Below, one piece after another: positions 12,901 through 22,542 of a stretch of 62,000 nt of DNA (position 1 is its first letter; each line of letters opens with the position of its first letter). This DNA is from Diadema setosum. Its lineage: Eukaryota. The notes beneath the pieces were generated by a model. It did not search any database, had not been told where the DNA came from, and saw nothing but the letters and a program-made list of their open reading frames with translations. A program made the position numbers and the translations under genes. The stretch covers positions 32,922,001 through 32,984,000 of the forward strand of contig NC_092704.1 of assembly GCF_964275005.1 (NCBI RefSeq). Direction: 5' to 3'.

Positions 12901-13239
12901 TTGTAACCCTTTGAAGACGAGTGAAAGGGATCTGATGCATCCAACTACAATAATTACGGGCTTTATATGGACTCCTCCACCTTTCGGGGAAATCCGTGTT
13001 ACTACAGCGCCAATCCGCGTTAGCGCCGTATTTAAAACGCGTTGAGAACGTAATCACATCGCGTTTAAGTGCTTTCCGCCATCGTTGGGACACAGTTCAC
13101 GGCAGTTTGAGAACCGCCGTGAACCGCCATCTAAACTGGCGATGTGTGATCGCCCCTTTAGTCTCTTACCTGATTTGGATATAAGCAGAGTAAGAACCCA
13201 GGACACGAGAAGAACACGACTCAACAGTGTCATCATCAT
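210..13239 (-). CDS. Gene A (3' partial): secreted HYR/sushi-domain protein, SVEP1/SRPX-like; join(13239-13170, 4367-4323, 3578-3425, 1649-1537, 425-210), continues off the left edge
   Basis: Five GT-AG exons with compatible phases (1,1,2,1,1) splice to MMMTLLSRVLLVSWVLTLLISKS-DCCGKKRSSPPPPPP-DTTPPKW...(HYR)...CRVDIDVI-IDTCDAHKPPSNG...(CCP)...WDRPLPSCR with no stops. Confidence 0.85.
646..1197. mobile_element. Non-autonomous CACTA/EnSpm(CMC)-like DNA transposon in a gene A intron
   Basis: TA|CACTGTAAAAA...TTTTTGCAGTG|TA termini; many subterminal GGTGTTA/TAACACC motifs, including the palindrome GGTGTTAAATTTAACACC. Confidence 0.7.
1537..1649 (-). CDS. Gene A HYR domain, C-terminal half
   Basis: ttacag|; PYLPSHVGHGKRQFTYTARDCAPAPNTAVCRVDIDVI matches the HYR G..YTA.D...N...C...V pattern; A|gtaagc, phase 2-1. 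Confidence 0.88.
1852..2548 (+). mobile_element. ~700-bp TIR MITE family S (Sola1-like), diverged copy
   Basis: GTGACCCTGCATCA...TGATGCACGGTCAC TIRs; colinear with the copies at 36094 and 56433. Confidence 0.8.
3425..3578 (-). CDS. Gene A HYR domain, N-terminal half
   Basis: gtgtag|; DTTPPKWNSPHTSCNSGQNRYQEGTKRAVEPIARFWKDPKASEGGCSVKHY; GA|gtaaga, phase 1-2. Confidence 0.85.
4323..4367 (-). CDS. Gene A 45-nt exon: (D)CCGKKRSSPPPPPP
   Basis: ttttgtccag| ... CCTG|gtaagt, phase 1-1; its final G completes the Asp codon of the HYR start DTTPP. Confidence 0.8.
5348..7834. mobile_element. 2.5-kb non-autonomous TIR transposon (Sola1-like) inserted in the LINE RT
   Basis: ~33-bp TIR CTGCCCCCCAAGGAAAAACGCAGTATCTA; AATT duplicated at 5344-47 and 7835-38; removing it restores the LINE reading DNSELKEV; extra internal TIR-motif copies near 5524, 5561, 7521 and 7560. 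Confidence 0.88.
6016..6165. repeat. ~150-bp hairpin element with an internal duplication, inside the 2.5-kb element
   Basis: Arm TGAAAGAATAAAGC..TCACACGAAGCGAAGTAAACACAAATG and its near-perfect reverse complement. Confidence 0.75.
8089..8586 (+). mobile_element. 498-bp piggyBac-like MITE, copy 1 (inside the LINE)
   Basis: TTAA|CTCTTTATGTGCCA...TGGCACATAAAGAG|TTAA; near-identical to 20804-21301. Confidence 0.9.
9669..9940. repeat. (ATT)n microsatellite with a 3-unit higher-order repeat
   Basis: ATT tract with recurring ATAAGTATTG and ATCATCATCTTCG interruptions. Confidence 0.9.
10625..10828. mobile_element. Short MITE with a degenerate (CCCTAA)n core, nested in the HINE
   Basis: ATGACAAATGCT repeats at the left end and inverted GGAGCAATTGTC/GAGCATATGCCATG at the right; telomere-like interior. 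Confidence 0.5.
10854..10982 (-). pseudogene. Relic of a Pif1-like (Helitron/Helentron RepHel) helicase C-terminus
   Basis: CVRSLEGLYITDYTEDDLYCEPKVTAALEAMP resembles Pif1 motif VI (YVALSRVRSLEGL) and the sequence that follows it. Confidence 0.6.
11761..13157. mobile_element. Fragmented CCGTG/CCGCC-rich DNA transposon (Harbinger-like end)
   Basis: Two blocks (11761-12010, 13000-13157) share ACCGCC/CCGTG motifs; right terminus GATGTGTGATCGCCCCT|TTA. Confidence 0.4.
13170..13239 (-). CDS. Gene A first coding exon: signal peptide (the exon starts at the acceptor at 13254, giving 15 nt of 5'UTR)
   Basis: ccacag|GACGTACTAATTGAAATG...; MMMTLLSRVLLVSWVLTLLISKS has a hydrophobic core; donor CAG|gtaaga, phase 1. 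Confidence 0.8.
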
Positions 13240-14667
13240 TTCAATTAGTACGTCCTGTGGACCGATATAATTGGAGAAATATACTGTCAAAAATAATTAT
13301 CACTGAATGACGTATTATACACAAACACGCACACACACGCGCGCGCGCGCACACACACACCCACACTCGTACACAAAATACGTGCAACTTTGCACCTTTA
13401 GAGGTGCAGACCTATCTCAATCTGGGTGCACCATTACGGGTGCAGCTTTGCACCTTTCAGATCAGAAAAGTGCAAAGTTTCACCTTTCAAGGTGCTCCAG
13501 TTGTGTTCGTGGTCTGAAAGGGGCAAAGTTGCCCCCGTCCAAGTCCTCCCGGTGTGACATCAGTAAGAAAGATAAAGTGATGCTTTTTTTTTCTCATAGT
13601 GAGCAATTTAGCAACTCAACACAATTCAACTGTGTACGCAATCAAGGAACAAGAGGTCCCTTATATTTTTCAAAACTTCTCAACCTGTGAAACTGAATAC
13701 AATAATTCAACATAATGGTAGCATTACAATGGTTACAAATGCTGCATCGACTGTTATGAGACATTAGATTTCATATGTTTGTTTGTTTGGTTTTTTTTTG
13801 CCAGTCAAATTACATTCAGTGGTGATGTTATCACCTAGTTACAGTTGACTGATTTTATCTGCTTGTTACAACAGACGTATAACAGAGGTTTATAATATGT
13901 ATACAATTTTTTGGTTTATTTGTTCTTGTTAGAGGATCAGAGTATTGGGCAGGAAATTTTCCCAGGTTTTCCTAGTCAATTTCATACCTTTGTCATTTCA
14001 ATTCATTAATGCGCATTCAAATTGACACATAGCACACGCATGTAAAAATATTCGGGCATTCAACTTCAGAATCCAAGCGATCAATAATGGGAGCTCTGTT
14101 TCGTTTCCGGCAAATCAATTTCATGCGGGTTCAATTTTCAAATGCAAGCAATGCACTTCCTAATCGTGCATTTCAGTATTTTTTTTTTATGACATTTCAT
14201 TTTGTGCAACTCGTTAATGATACTCTGGAACAATTTGTATTACATTGGATATGGAAATGAATAAATGAAATGACAGGAAATAAAAATCAACGCTATAGTC
14301 TCGATGCACTTGTTCTGAGCTTTCATATTTTCTTTTTCAGGTGATCAATTTCTTACTTCGTGCAATCTTCTTATTGAAGAAAATACAATACTACTTTTTG
14401 ACGAGTATGAAAAAGGGGTAATGGGGTGACGATGGGGAGGGGGAGAAAGAAGTATTCTTGATTTTCATTTCAAGAAATGTTAAATGATAAAGTCCAGTCA
14501 GCAGTGTATCCAAACAACACAACAACATAAATATGATACTCCTTGATGACATGATGCACTAATACGGACAACGCCCGACACTAACCATACAATGCATCAA
14601 CTTTAGGCAAACTGACAGACATTATGTCACATAGTCCAACACAGGAAACCAATTAGATATCAAATAG

Positions 14668-14707
<40 letters not shown>

Positions 14708-15258
14708 AAACCCAAGATATAAATATCATTCATGTTTACAGTGTCAATACATAGTCAATTTTTCCCATCGAATTAGGTGTTATTCAAACTCCACCATTAA
14801 TCTAAATAAACAAAACATGATGCGCCTGTATACAACTTTTTTGTTCACTTCAATTTTACCATCGTAAAGTTAAGAACAAAAATAAACAGGTGAACCTAAA
14901 GCATCGTATATAGCAAGCAAAACATCTTCACCAAGAAACCAAATACATTTAAAGCTAAATGAATTGATTACCCCTATAGTGACTTTGAATGATCTGTGAT
15001 GCGTGAAATCGATTGCCCAGCTAGGTTTTCCCGCCCAATTTCAGCTGATTTGCATTCGATTTAACAATGCAATCATTCATGTTCGAATGGTTTTGAATGA
15101 TCACCGAGATCAACATTCAAAAAAAGTAACTAGTCCATTCAATTTGATTAGATCAGCATGAGATTTCATTAGTTTCTCAAATAAACATGTAAAAAAGGGC
15201 GTTCGATTTAAAAATGCAAGTTCACGATTATATAAGGCAAACATTTACCACATATTAT

Positions 15259-17296
15259 GTGACCGTGCATCACAAAACAAACTAGAAATGTCGCTTTGGC
15301 GACTGGTATGCCTCCGCCATAATGCATGATTTTCCCAATAGGTCTAGATAGTACATGTGGACAATGTGTGATTACATTTTCACAAAATTGGCAAAATATT
15401 GAAATGACAAGTTTGTCACAAATGTGTTGAATGTTCACCTTCCTTGACCTAGGTTTAATTGGATGAATAGGAGAGCATGTATCTAGGGATTTAAGGACTT
15501 TAACTCGACTTTGACCCATTCATACATTTAGGCATTGAGTAATTTTCAAGGTACAGGTGTGGAGAAAAAGTGCAATTTTTGAATTGAATAGTAAATTGTT
15601 ACCATTTTCATCTGGCCCTTGACCCTAAAATTCATAAGATAATCACTTTCAGGTAGAACATGTATAATATGTACTAAGTTTCAAGATAACTTGAGCCACT
15701 TCCGAGATATGGAGGAAAAAGTTAGTTCAGCACTTTCACTTGATCTTTGACCTTTTGACCTTTGAGGCAAAAAAAGAAGAAAAAAAAAAAACTTTCCAAA
15801 GAATTTCTATTAGGTTACACATGTATGCATACACCAAGTGTAAAAAAAAAAAATAACCCTGCTGGCATTGCATGATAGGAGGGAAATAGTAAAATTTTGA
15901 AGTGTTGCACTTGACCATTGACCCCTGACCTTTGACCCCATGAACTCTACATTCTCTAGATAATCACTTACAGTCAGTATATGTATATACTATGTTCCAT
16001 GAAGATACCTTGAACAATTTTCTAAGGTATGGAGAAAAAAAAAAGAAGTTTTAATATTTTTACTTGACCTTTTGACCTTTGACCTTTGACCTCATGACCC
16101 AAACTTTCACCAGAGAATCTTAATTGGGTAATACATGTATACACTAAGTTTCAAGAAAATATCTTCAGGCATTCAATAGATATGGTGGAAATAGTGAAAT
16201 TCTATGTATTTGACCCTGACCTTTTGACCTTTGACCTTTGACCTCATGACCCAAACTTTCTCCAGAGAATCTTAATTGGGTGATACATGTATACACTAAG
16301 TTTCAAGAAAATATCTTCAGGTATTCAATAGATATGGTGGAAATACTGAAATTTTATGTATTTGACCTTGACCTTTTGACCTTTGACCTTGAGCATGTAC
16401 ACCCAAAAGTTGATAGGCACAACTTCACCCCCTAATACACATACATGCCAAGTTTCATTAGGATACCTCAACAGGTTTTGATAGTTACCTTGTCCACAAA
16501 ATTCATTACGGACGGACGGAAGGACGGACGGACGGAAGGACGTCGGACGGACGAACGGACGGACGGACGGACAATCCGAAACATAATGCCTCCGGCACCA
16601 CTTCGTGGCGGAGGCATAAACAAAAAGTCGCACACACTGTTTTTGTGTGAGGACTTAAAATAAGTGAAATGGGTCAACCTAGCCGATCTTGACTTTTTCT
16701 ATTTTCTGAAAAAGCAAGTCTTCTTTCACATTATGCTGAAATTTGGGGTCATAAAACGGGCGGAAAAAGTGTGTTTTTTAGCAGTTTATCTCAAACATTT
16801 TTGGTAGAATAGTGTGATTAGGTGTGTCTTTAGAGTCCCTTTTTCATTTCTGAAAAAAAAACCCTTGTACACACTCTTCACTTTCAACTTCAATAACTTT
16901 TCAAAAGATAGTGCTACTGCTTTGAAAGTTGTCATTAATTATAGACAGAATGTGTTAATGACGCATGCTCAATTTCAGTTTAATCTGATAATCCCTTCAT
17001 TGCTGCTACTCTGGTGGATTACATATTGATTTTTTTTGTCCCATTCATCGCACAGCCAGCGCGGTTAGGTAAAGATTAAGCACTTGGATAGACACTGTAG
17101 TACTTTAGAGCCTCTTTTCTCAGTTCACACTTTTCCTGAGTTTGTGCTTTCTCCCCAATATTTAGATAGGTTAGGAGAGTCCATTTGATTTGAATTATAC
17201 ATCATTTTAAAGCTTAAAGTCTGCTCTTTCAGAATATGGTCTTAACTAAAAATACATCTCTGGCGACTTTTTGTTTGTTTTGTGGTGCAGGGTCAC
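15259..17296 (-). mobile_element. MITE family S copy split by a HINE insertion inside its TIR
   Basis: GTGACCGTGCATCACAAAAC at 15259 resumes as CAAAAAGTCGCACACACTG at 16621 and ends TGCAGGGTCAC|ATAT. Confidence 0.88.
15280..16619 (-). mobile_element. Complete Helentron-associated element (HINE; DINE-1/Tsp-like)
   Basis: Minus strand: 5' TTATGCCTCCGCCA subTIR plus internal inverted GGAGGCAT, (GTCC)n microsatellite, ~152-bp tandem units, 3' subTIR TGGCGGAGGCATA, hairpin GTCGC-caaa-GCGAC, ATTTCTAGTT; inserted in a T run with no clear TSD. Confidence 0.88.
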
Positions 17297-18303
17297 ATAT
17301 GGCCTTGCATTGGAAGTGTTTTCGTTGTTTCTAATATTCTTTGCAATTACTCATCTATTCGAATACGCAAAAATTAATGTATCTTGAAATTGGACCTTTA
17401 CCTCATAATACCTTATATAGGGCCCATGAAAGCTTGTATAACTCCTCTTTGAAACACAGACATGAACATTAATTTCATATACGACATTACCGATGTTAGA
17501 GAAGAGTATACATAAATATCTCGAACACGGAAAGAATTTAAGGGCGAAGCTTTTGACAACTATAGCAAGACTATCACTGGCAAAACCCTTGAGTGAGCAG
17601 GTCTACAGCTGAGCCGATAGTGGCAACTTATGGTATGGACATGAAGAAGGTAGGAATGGAATCAAAATCTAAATTTGAATGCAGACATTTTTTTTTTTTT
17701 TTTTGATATAGCCATTTCCTTAATGTTACATCGATACTGTAAAGGTGTAATTTGAAGGTGGAAGAATGAGATTATACAGACAATACAATCAATAAACTAA
17801 AATGAATAGATGAAACTTTGAAATTAAAATGGAATTTTATTCAGTAATCCAATACATAACCAAGAGAGAGAAAAAAAGAAAGGACCCGTAGAAACGAATA
17901 AGAATTTCTTATGTTGATTGAATTTGAAATTTCAAAGTGCGCAGTTGCGTTCGAAATTGAAACTGGTATTTGGGACGAAATTGAACGTCTATCAAGCTGG
18001 AGCGAACTTGAATGCCAGCTTTGAGTCGTTAGATTGAATGGGGTTCTCTCTGAATTGAAAGAAATGAAATCTGAAATGAATGATTAAAAAACTTAACTGA
18101 AAGCTCAAGGAATTTAAATAAACCGTGAGAGTAGAGCAGTGGCCAAAATTTGAATTTGAACGCCTTTTTATTGATTCGAATGCAAATCTGATGAAAACCT
18201 TTATTCATAATTTGAATGACAAAATTATGGAATTGACCGGAAAACCTATAATTCATCAACAACAGCCCCTTTTCAACTGCAAGTTACTCTTGCTAGGTTT
18301 TAA

Positions 18304-18488
18304 TTACCCCCAGAGGGCAATTTTCCCACGGCTAAATACTGGTTAAGATTAGTTAAGATTAGGGTTAGGGTTAGGTATAGGTTAGGAGTTTGGGTTAGGA
18401 TTAGGATTAAGTTCAAGATTAGGATTAGGATTAGGGCAAAGGGGAAGGTCTGGGGTATATGCCCCGGAGAGTAATTGCCGTAGACCCG
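18304..18488. mobile_element. Short element with internal degenerate (TTAGGG)n
   Basis: GC-rich ends flanking TTAGGGTTAGGG/TTAGGA repeats (18341-18436). Confidence 0.55.
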
Positions 18489-18878
18489 GTTGTAACGCGA
18501 ATAATTAGAAGCGAAGAATAAAAGAAAGTATAAAGTGCGTTTCTTCTTATTCTTTTCCTTGTTTGATTTCATGCCAAAAAAGGGGAGAACTGTTAAAGAT
18601 TTGTATTAAGGGCCAGTACAAAATCTTTCACTTGTAATGTCATCAACTCACCTCACTTTGGTAGAATTTATCCTTAATATTATGAAACGGTGTTTAGTTT
18701 TATGATACTTAATGAAATTAAGAGCCGATTTATTAATGACAATAACAATCACATCATATGAATTTTCTTTCTTTCTTTGTTATATAGAGACACTTTTTAA
18801 CATTTGAAAATGATTCAAATCAATATAGAGGGACTATCAGTACGTGATCAAAATTAGAAATAATAATGTGTGTTTTAC

Positions 18879-19160
18879 CTCAGCTTGAAGGCAAGTAGGG
18901 AAGGCTGATTTCCATTCAGACCGTGGTAATTTTGAGTGTAGCTTTCGCGACGACACATTAACGGTAAGTGCTCGCTGCTTGTGCGCGAGTGTGTGCGCTC
19001 TTGTGTGAGGCAGGCAGAGAGAGAGAGAGAGAGAAGGAGGGGAAGGGACAGAGGGAGAGATAATGACGTCGGGAATGGGACTTTCCCGACTTATTCCAAG
19101 TTCGTATGCTTACAAATATGTCATTTACCAATTACCCCACCGGAGAGGTGGGAATTTTCC
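18879..19160 (-). promoter_or_regulatory. Candidate promoter and non-coding first exon of gene A
   Basis: Minus-strand donor GAG|gtaaaa at 18879; locally CpG-rich unique sequence with a (GA)n tract; TGACGTC at 19064-19070, GGGACTTTCC at 19077-19086, GGGAATTTTCC at 19150-19160; the signal-peptide exon has an acceptor, so an upstream exon is required. Confidence 0.45.
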
Positions 19161-20803
19161 AGTTCCACCTTCCTTGGCCTTCGTAACAATCTCCACAAAA
19201 TTTAGTAGTAAATCAGGAATCAAGTAAGGACAAAGAAACCAAAAAAAAGAAAAAAAAAGAAAAAAAAAGAGACAACTTGCGTGGAGATACCTGTGATTAA
19301 ACGTAAAAATTTACTCCATTATACGTATATTATTTGGATTGATTCAAGGCAGCAATAATAAGTATAGAACATATAAGTGAAGTTCAAGAAAAATCGGAAA
19401 TTCGTTCAAAAGTTATGATTAACTCATTAAAACAAAATGGTGTCGCACCGTCACTAAATGTGGAGACAACAGTGACATCACTGCAGAATTCACATGATTA
19501 AGAGAATTCAACATATTTACTTTTTTGATATAATAACAGACTATAAATTTGTCGGTCAGAAACCACGGGAAACATTGGCTTGGCCTAACTATTGTGTCAT
19601 CAGAAAGAAAGGGATGCGTAGTGTTCATTTTTTTTTATGAACTTTTGTAACATTCTCTTCATATTTTCTTTATATCATTGTCTCACAGAAACTCTTTTGG
19701 TCTTTACATCCAACGATAGCGACATTGACACCTAATAAATCCCTAACTTTTGAACAGATTTTTCGATTTTCCTGAAACGTCACTGGTGTGTTCTGTTACT
19801 ATTACTATTCTCTGCATTCACTCAATCTCGCGTATTTGTCTTTGTAAACTTCCCTTTTAAAATTCACACACCAGGGTAATAGGCCTACTAGATACTGAAT
19901 TAACTTAAATGCTTTTTATCAAAGCCCATTTTACTCATGTTCATTTTTCATACATTAGATCAAATAGGTCGATCCCACGCAAGGAGGTTTTACACATGGA
20001 GTTCCAACTGGCTGTAATTTATTCAAACAGCTGTCAGATTTCTATTGATGTACAAAAGAATTCCACAAGTGCACTTGTGCCTTTAATGATCGATGTTCCA
20101 AGCCGCCGTCCTGCTGAGCAATCTGAAGATTCATTTTGAACGTTATCATAATGTTGGCCATATTTTGCTTATCTATTCATTAAATGAAATGAAATTTCAC
20201 TTAATAATAAAGCATGTAAAACAAAAGTCAATTCCTTTCAGAAATTTGCGCAAAAGTGTAAATCAGAGCTGTATTATGTTAAAATGTTTAAAACTGTACC
20301 ATCCTGGAAAGCTGGTTTTATCACTTTTCGACTTAATTTCCCCAAATGAAACTAACATGTAATAATCTTCAAGTATAATTCTTTATTGACAGGTATATCA
20401 GATTAGTGCCCGCGTATGCCCAGTCGAATAATTTTCATTTTCATTTCAGCATTTTTCCTCAATTTCTGTTCGCGCATCCTCGTGTCTGTACCACCTAGCT
20501 TTTAAAGAAGGGATAGCGAAAAGTAATTACCATCACTAAAGACATATCTTCCTTTGAAAGTGGCTCGTGATTATGCAATGAGACACGAGTCAATTGTCTT
20601 CGTATCGGCGCGGCAGACCATGTTTGGCACATGCTTCAAATATTTTTGAACGGCGGCTTCGAACATAGATCAAAGGAAATAACTCTGTTGTTACTCCATC
20701 TCTTCAACCTTCTTGATCCCACCTTCTCTCGCTGTGTGTACACCCACTGCAAATATTAAATCAGTGTCTTTCTACTGTACTTTGACCTTCAAATGCCACT
20801 TAA

Positions 20804-21301
20804 CTCTTTATGTGCCACGTTCATACGTCCGGCTCAGTCGACGGCGTGCCAACTTCGCATATTCTGCTCAACAAACAAAGCCGCCAAAACCGATCGATAA
20901 ATCGCTAATCCCGCCGTACAATCAAAGCGTTTCTCGCGCTTTTGTTCCTCTCACATACGGCTTGCATTCTAAGTGGTGATTGACTATCAAGCGCTGTTCC
21001 CAACTAGATTTGCGTGTCCATTCTAAGTTTCGTCACTATCTTATGTGCAAAAGTCATGCCTTAACAGTAATGTAGCAATTGGTAATTCAAAAGAATAATT
21101 GAAAATAGATTTGCGATACATTGTAAATGGAAACAAAGTTTGGCATTCCTCTTTAACTTTGCTCAATAGAATGTCCAGCTTAACAGAAATTCGTAGAAGT
21201 TATACAAATTGGAAAAACAGGATTCTTTCTCAAAGCATGACTACCTTCGTGTCTCAGAATAACGTGGCACACAGGGGGTTTCCACCATGGCACATAAAGA
21301 G
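20804..21301 (+). mobile_element. 498-bp piggyBac-like MITE, copy 2
   Basis: TTAA TSD and 14-bp TIR; about 5 substitutions versus copy 1 by eye. Confidence 0.9.
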
Positions 21302-22044
21302 TTAAAGACCATGCGCACGATAGGACTCTCTGTCGCACGACTGATTGATTTTGGATCTGAAATAAACAGACGTGTTCACTTACATATTTATTTATTTATT
21401 TATTTCACATCTTTTTAAAGGGTGGCCCAAGTCAGCATTGGCAGGCTTTTATCTGGGCCCTTTAAAGCACAACACATAAAATATTGCAGAATTACAGTTA
21501 CCGGCAAACAAAGAAAAAGAATAAAAATATACATTTAAATACAATCAGAAATCAAACATATAACGCTGATATAACAAAATACATGCAAATACTACAACAG
21601 TTCCTAGTTAAACAAAACCTTGAAATTAGGAAAAAACGACAAACAACAACATCTATTCACACTGAATCAAATTATAATAACTGATAAAACTGTATGGGTA
21701 TTAGTCATTGAATTAATATATTTCTTGATATAAAAAGAAACGACACACGTATCATAATCTACTTTTAAACAATTGTGAATTAGGGGATTAGCGTGACTCT
21801 AATGGCAAATAATTCTAGTAAGAATATGAGGCTATTCTCATTTATTTCAGATCTGAAGTAGGTCAATCGCTCGACTGAAAGTCGTACAGTGTGCGGTGTT
21901 TTTATGCATCGTGGTCACATATATGTAAGCTACCTTAAGTAGAAACAGCGCTAAACAACGGACAGAAACAACGAATGTGTGAAAAGGGGCCAAGGCCACT
22001 GTTTCTCATCAATTCGGATGATTTTGTTTAGCTTGGTCATATAC

Positions 22045-22403
22045 AGGGGATGGCTAGTAACTGATCAGTGGGAATCAATGGGAGTGCTGAGGGATGACTG
22101 TTCCAATAATCTTGTGGGATTCATTTAAGAGTAAATTACATATCTACTGTTCTGTGAAAATTATTTGCTTCAGAAGGGTCTCATATTCAAGTAATGTGCA
22201 GTTTAATGGTTCCAGGCAAGCATGCCTGTACAGTGACGGGGCATTAAACTGCACATTACTTGAATATGAGACCATTTTGAAGCAAATAATTTTCACACAA
22301 CAATAAATATAAAATGTACTCTTAAATCAATCCCACAAGAATTGCAATAATCGTCCCTCAGCATTCCCACTGATTCCGACTTATTGGTTACTAGCCATCC
22401 CCT
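22045..22403. mobile_element. Palindromic MITE (Kolobok-like)
   Basis: ~165-bp imperfect TIRs AGGGGATGGCTAGTAAC...GTTACTAGCCATCCCCT|TTAA; the left flank is not TTAA. Confidence 0.8.
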
Positions 22404-22542
22404 TTAAGTTTGGTTTATTACTTCTAAACATCAATGAACTCATTTCATATACATCTTTAGATAATGAGTAGTAGCATGGCAATGGTGCCAAAAGGAACTT
22501 TTAGATTATATGTTTGAGTAGTTTTATACATTAGTAAACCTG

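Larger units (their letters stand above)
13964..18247. mobile_element. Possible old 4.3-kb TIR element hosting the nested MITE and HINE
   Basis: AGGTTTTCCTAGTCAATTTCATACCTTTGTCATTTCAATT is an imperfect inverted match to AATTTGAATGACAAAATTATGGAATTGACCGGAAAACCT; no TSD recognised. Confidence 0.4.

Noticed and set aside
18880..18915. 11-codon minus-strand ORF MEISLPYLPSS in the candidate first exon
   Set aside because: It stops before the donor; at most a uORF, and the exon itself is unconfirmed
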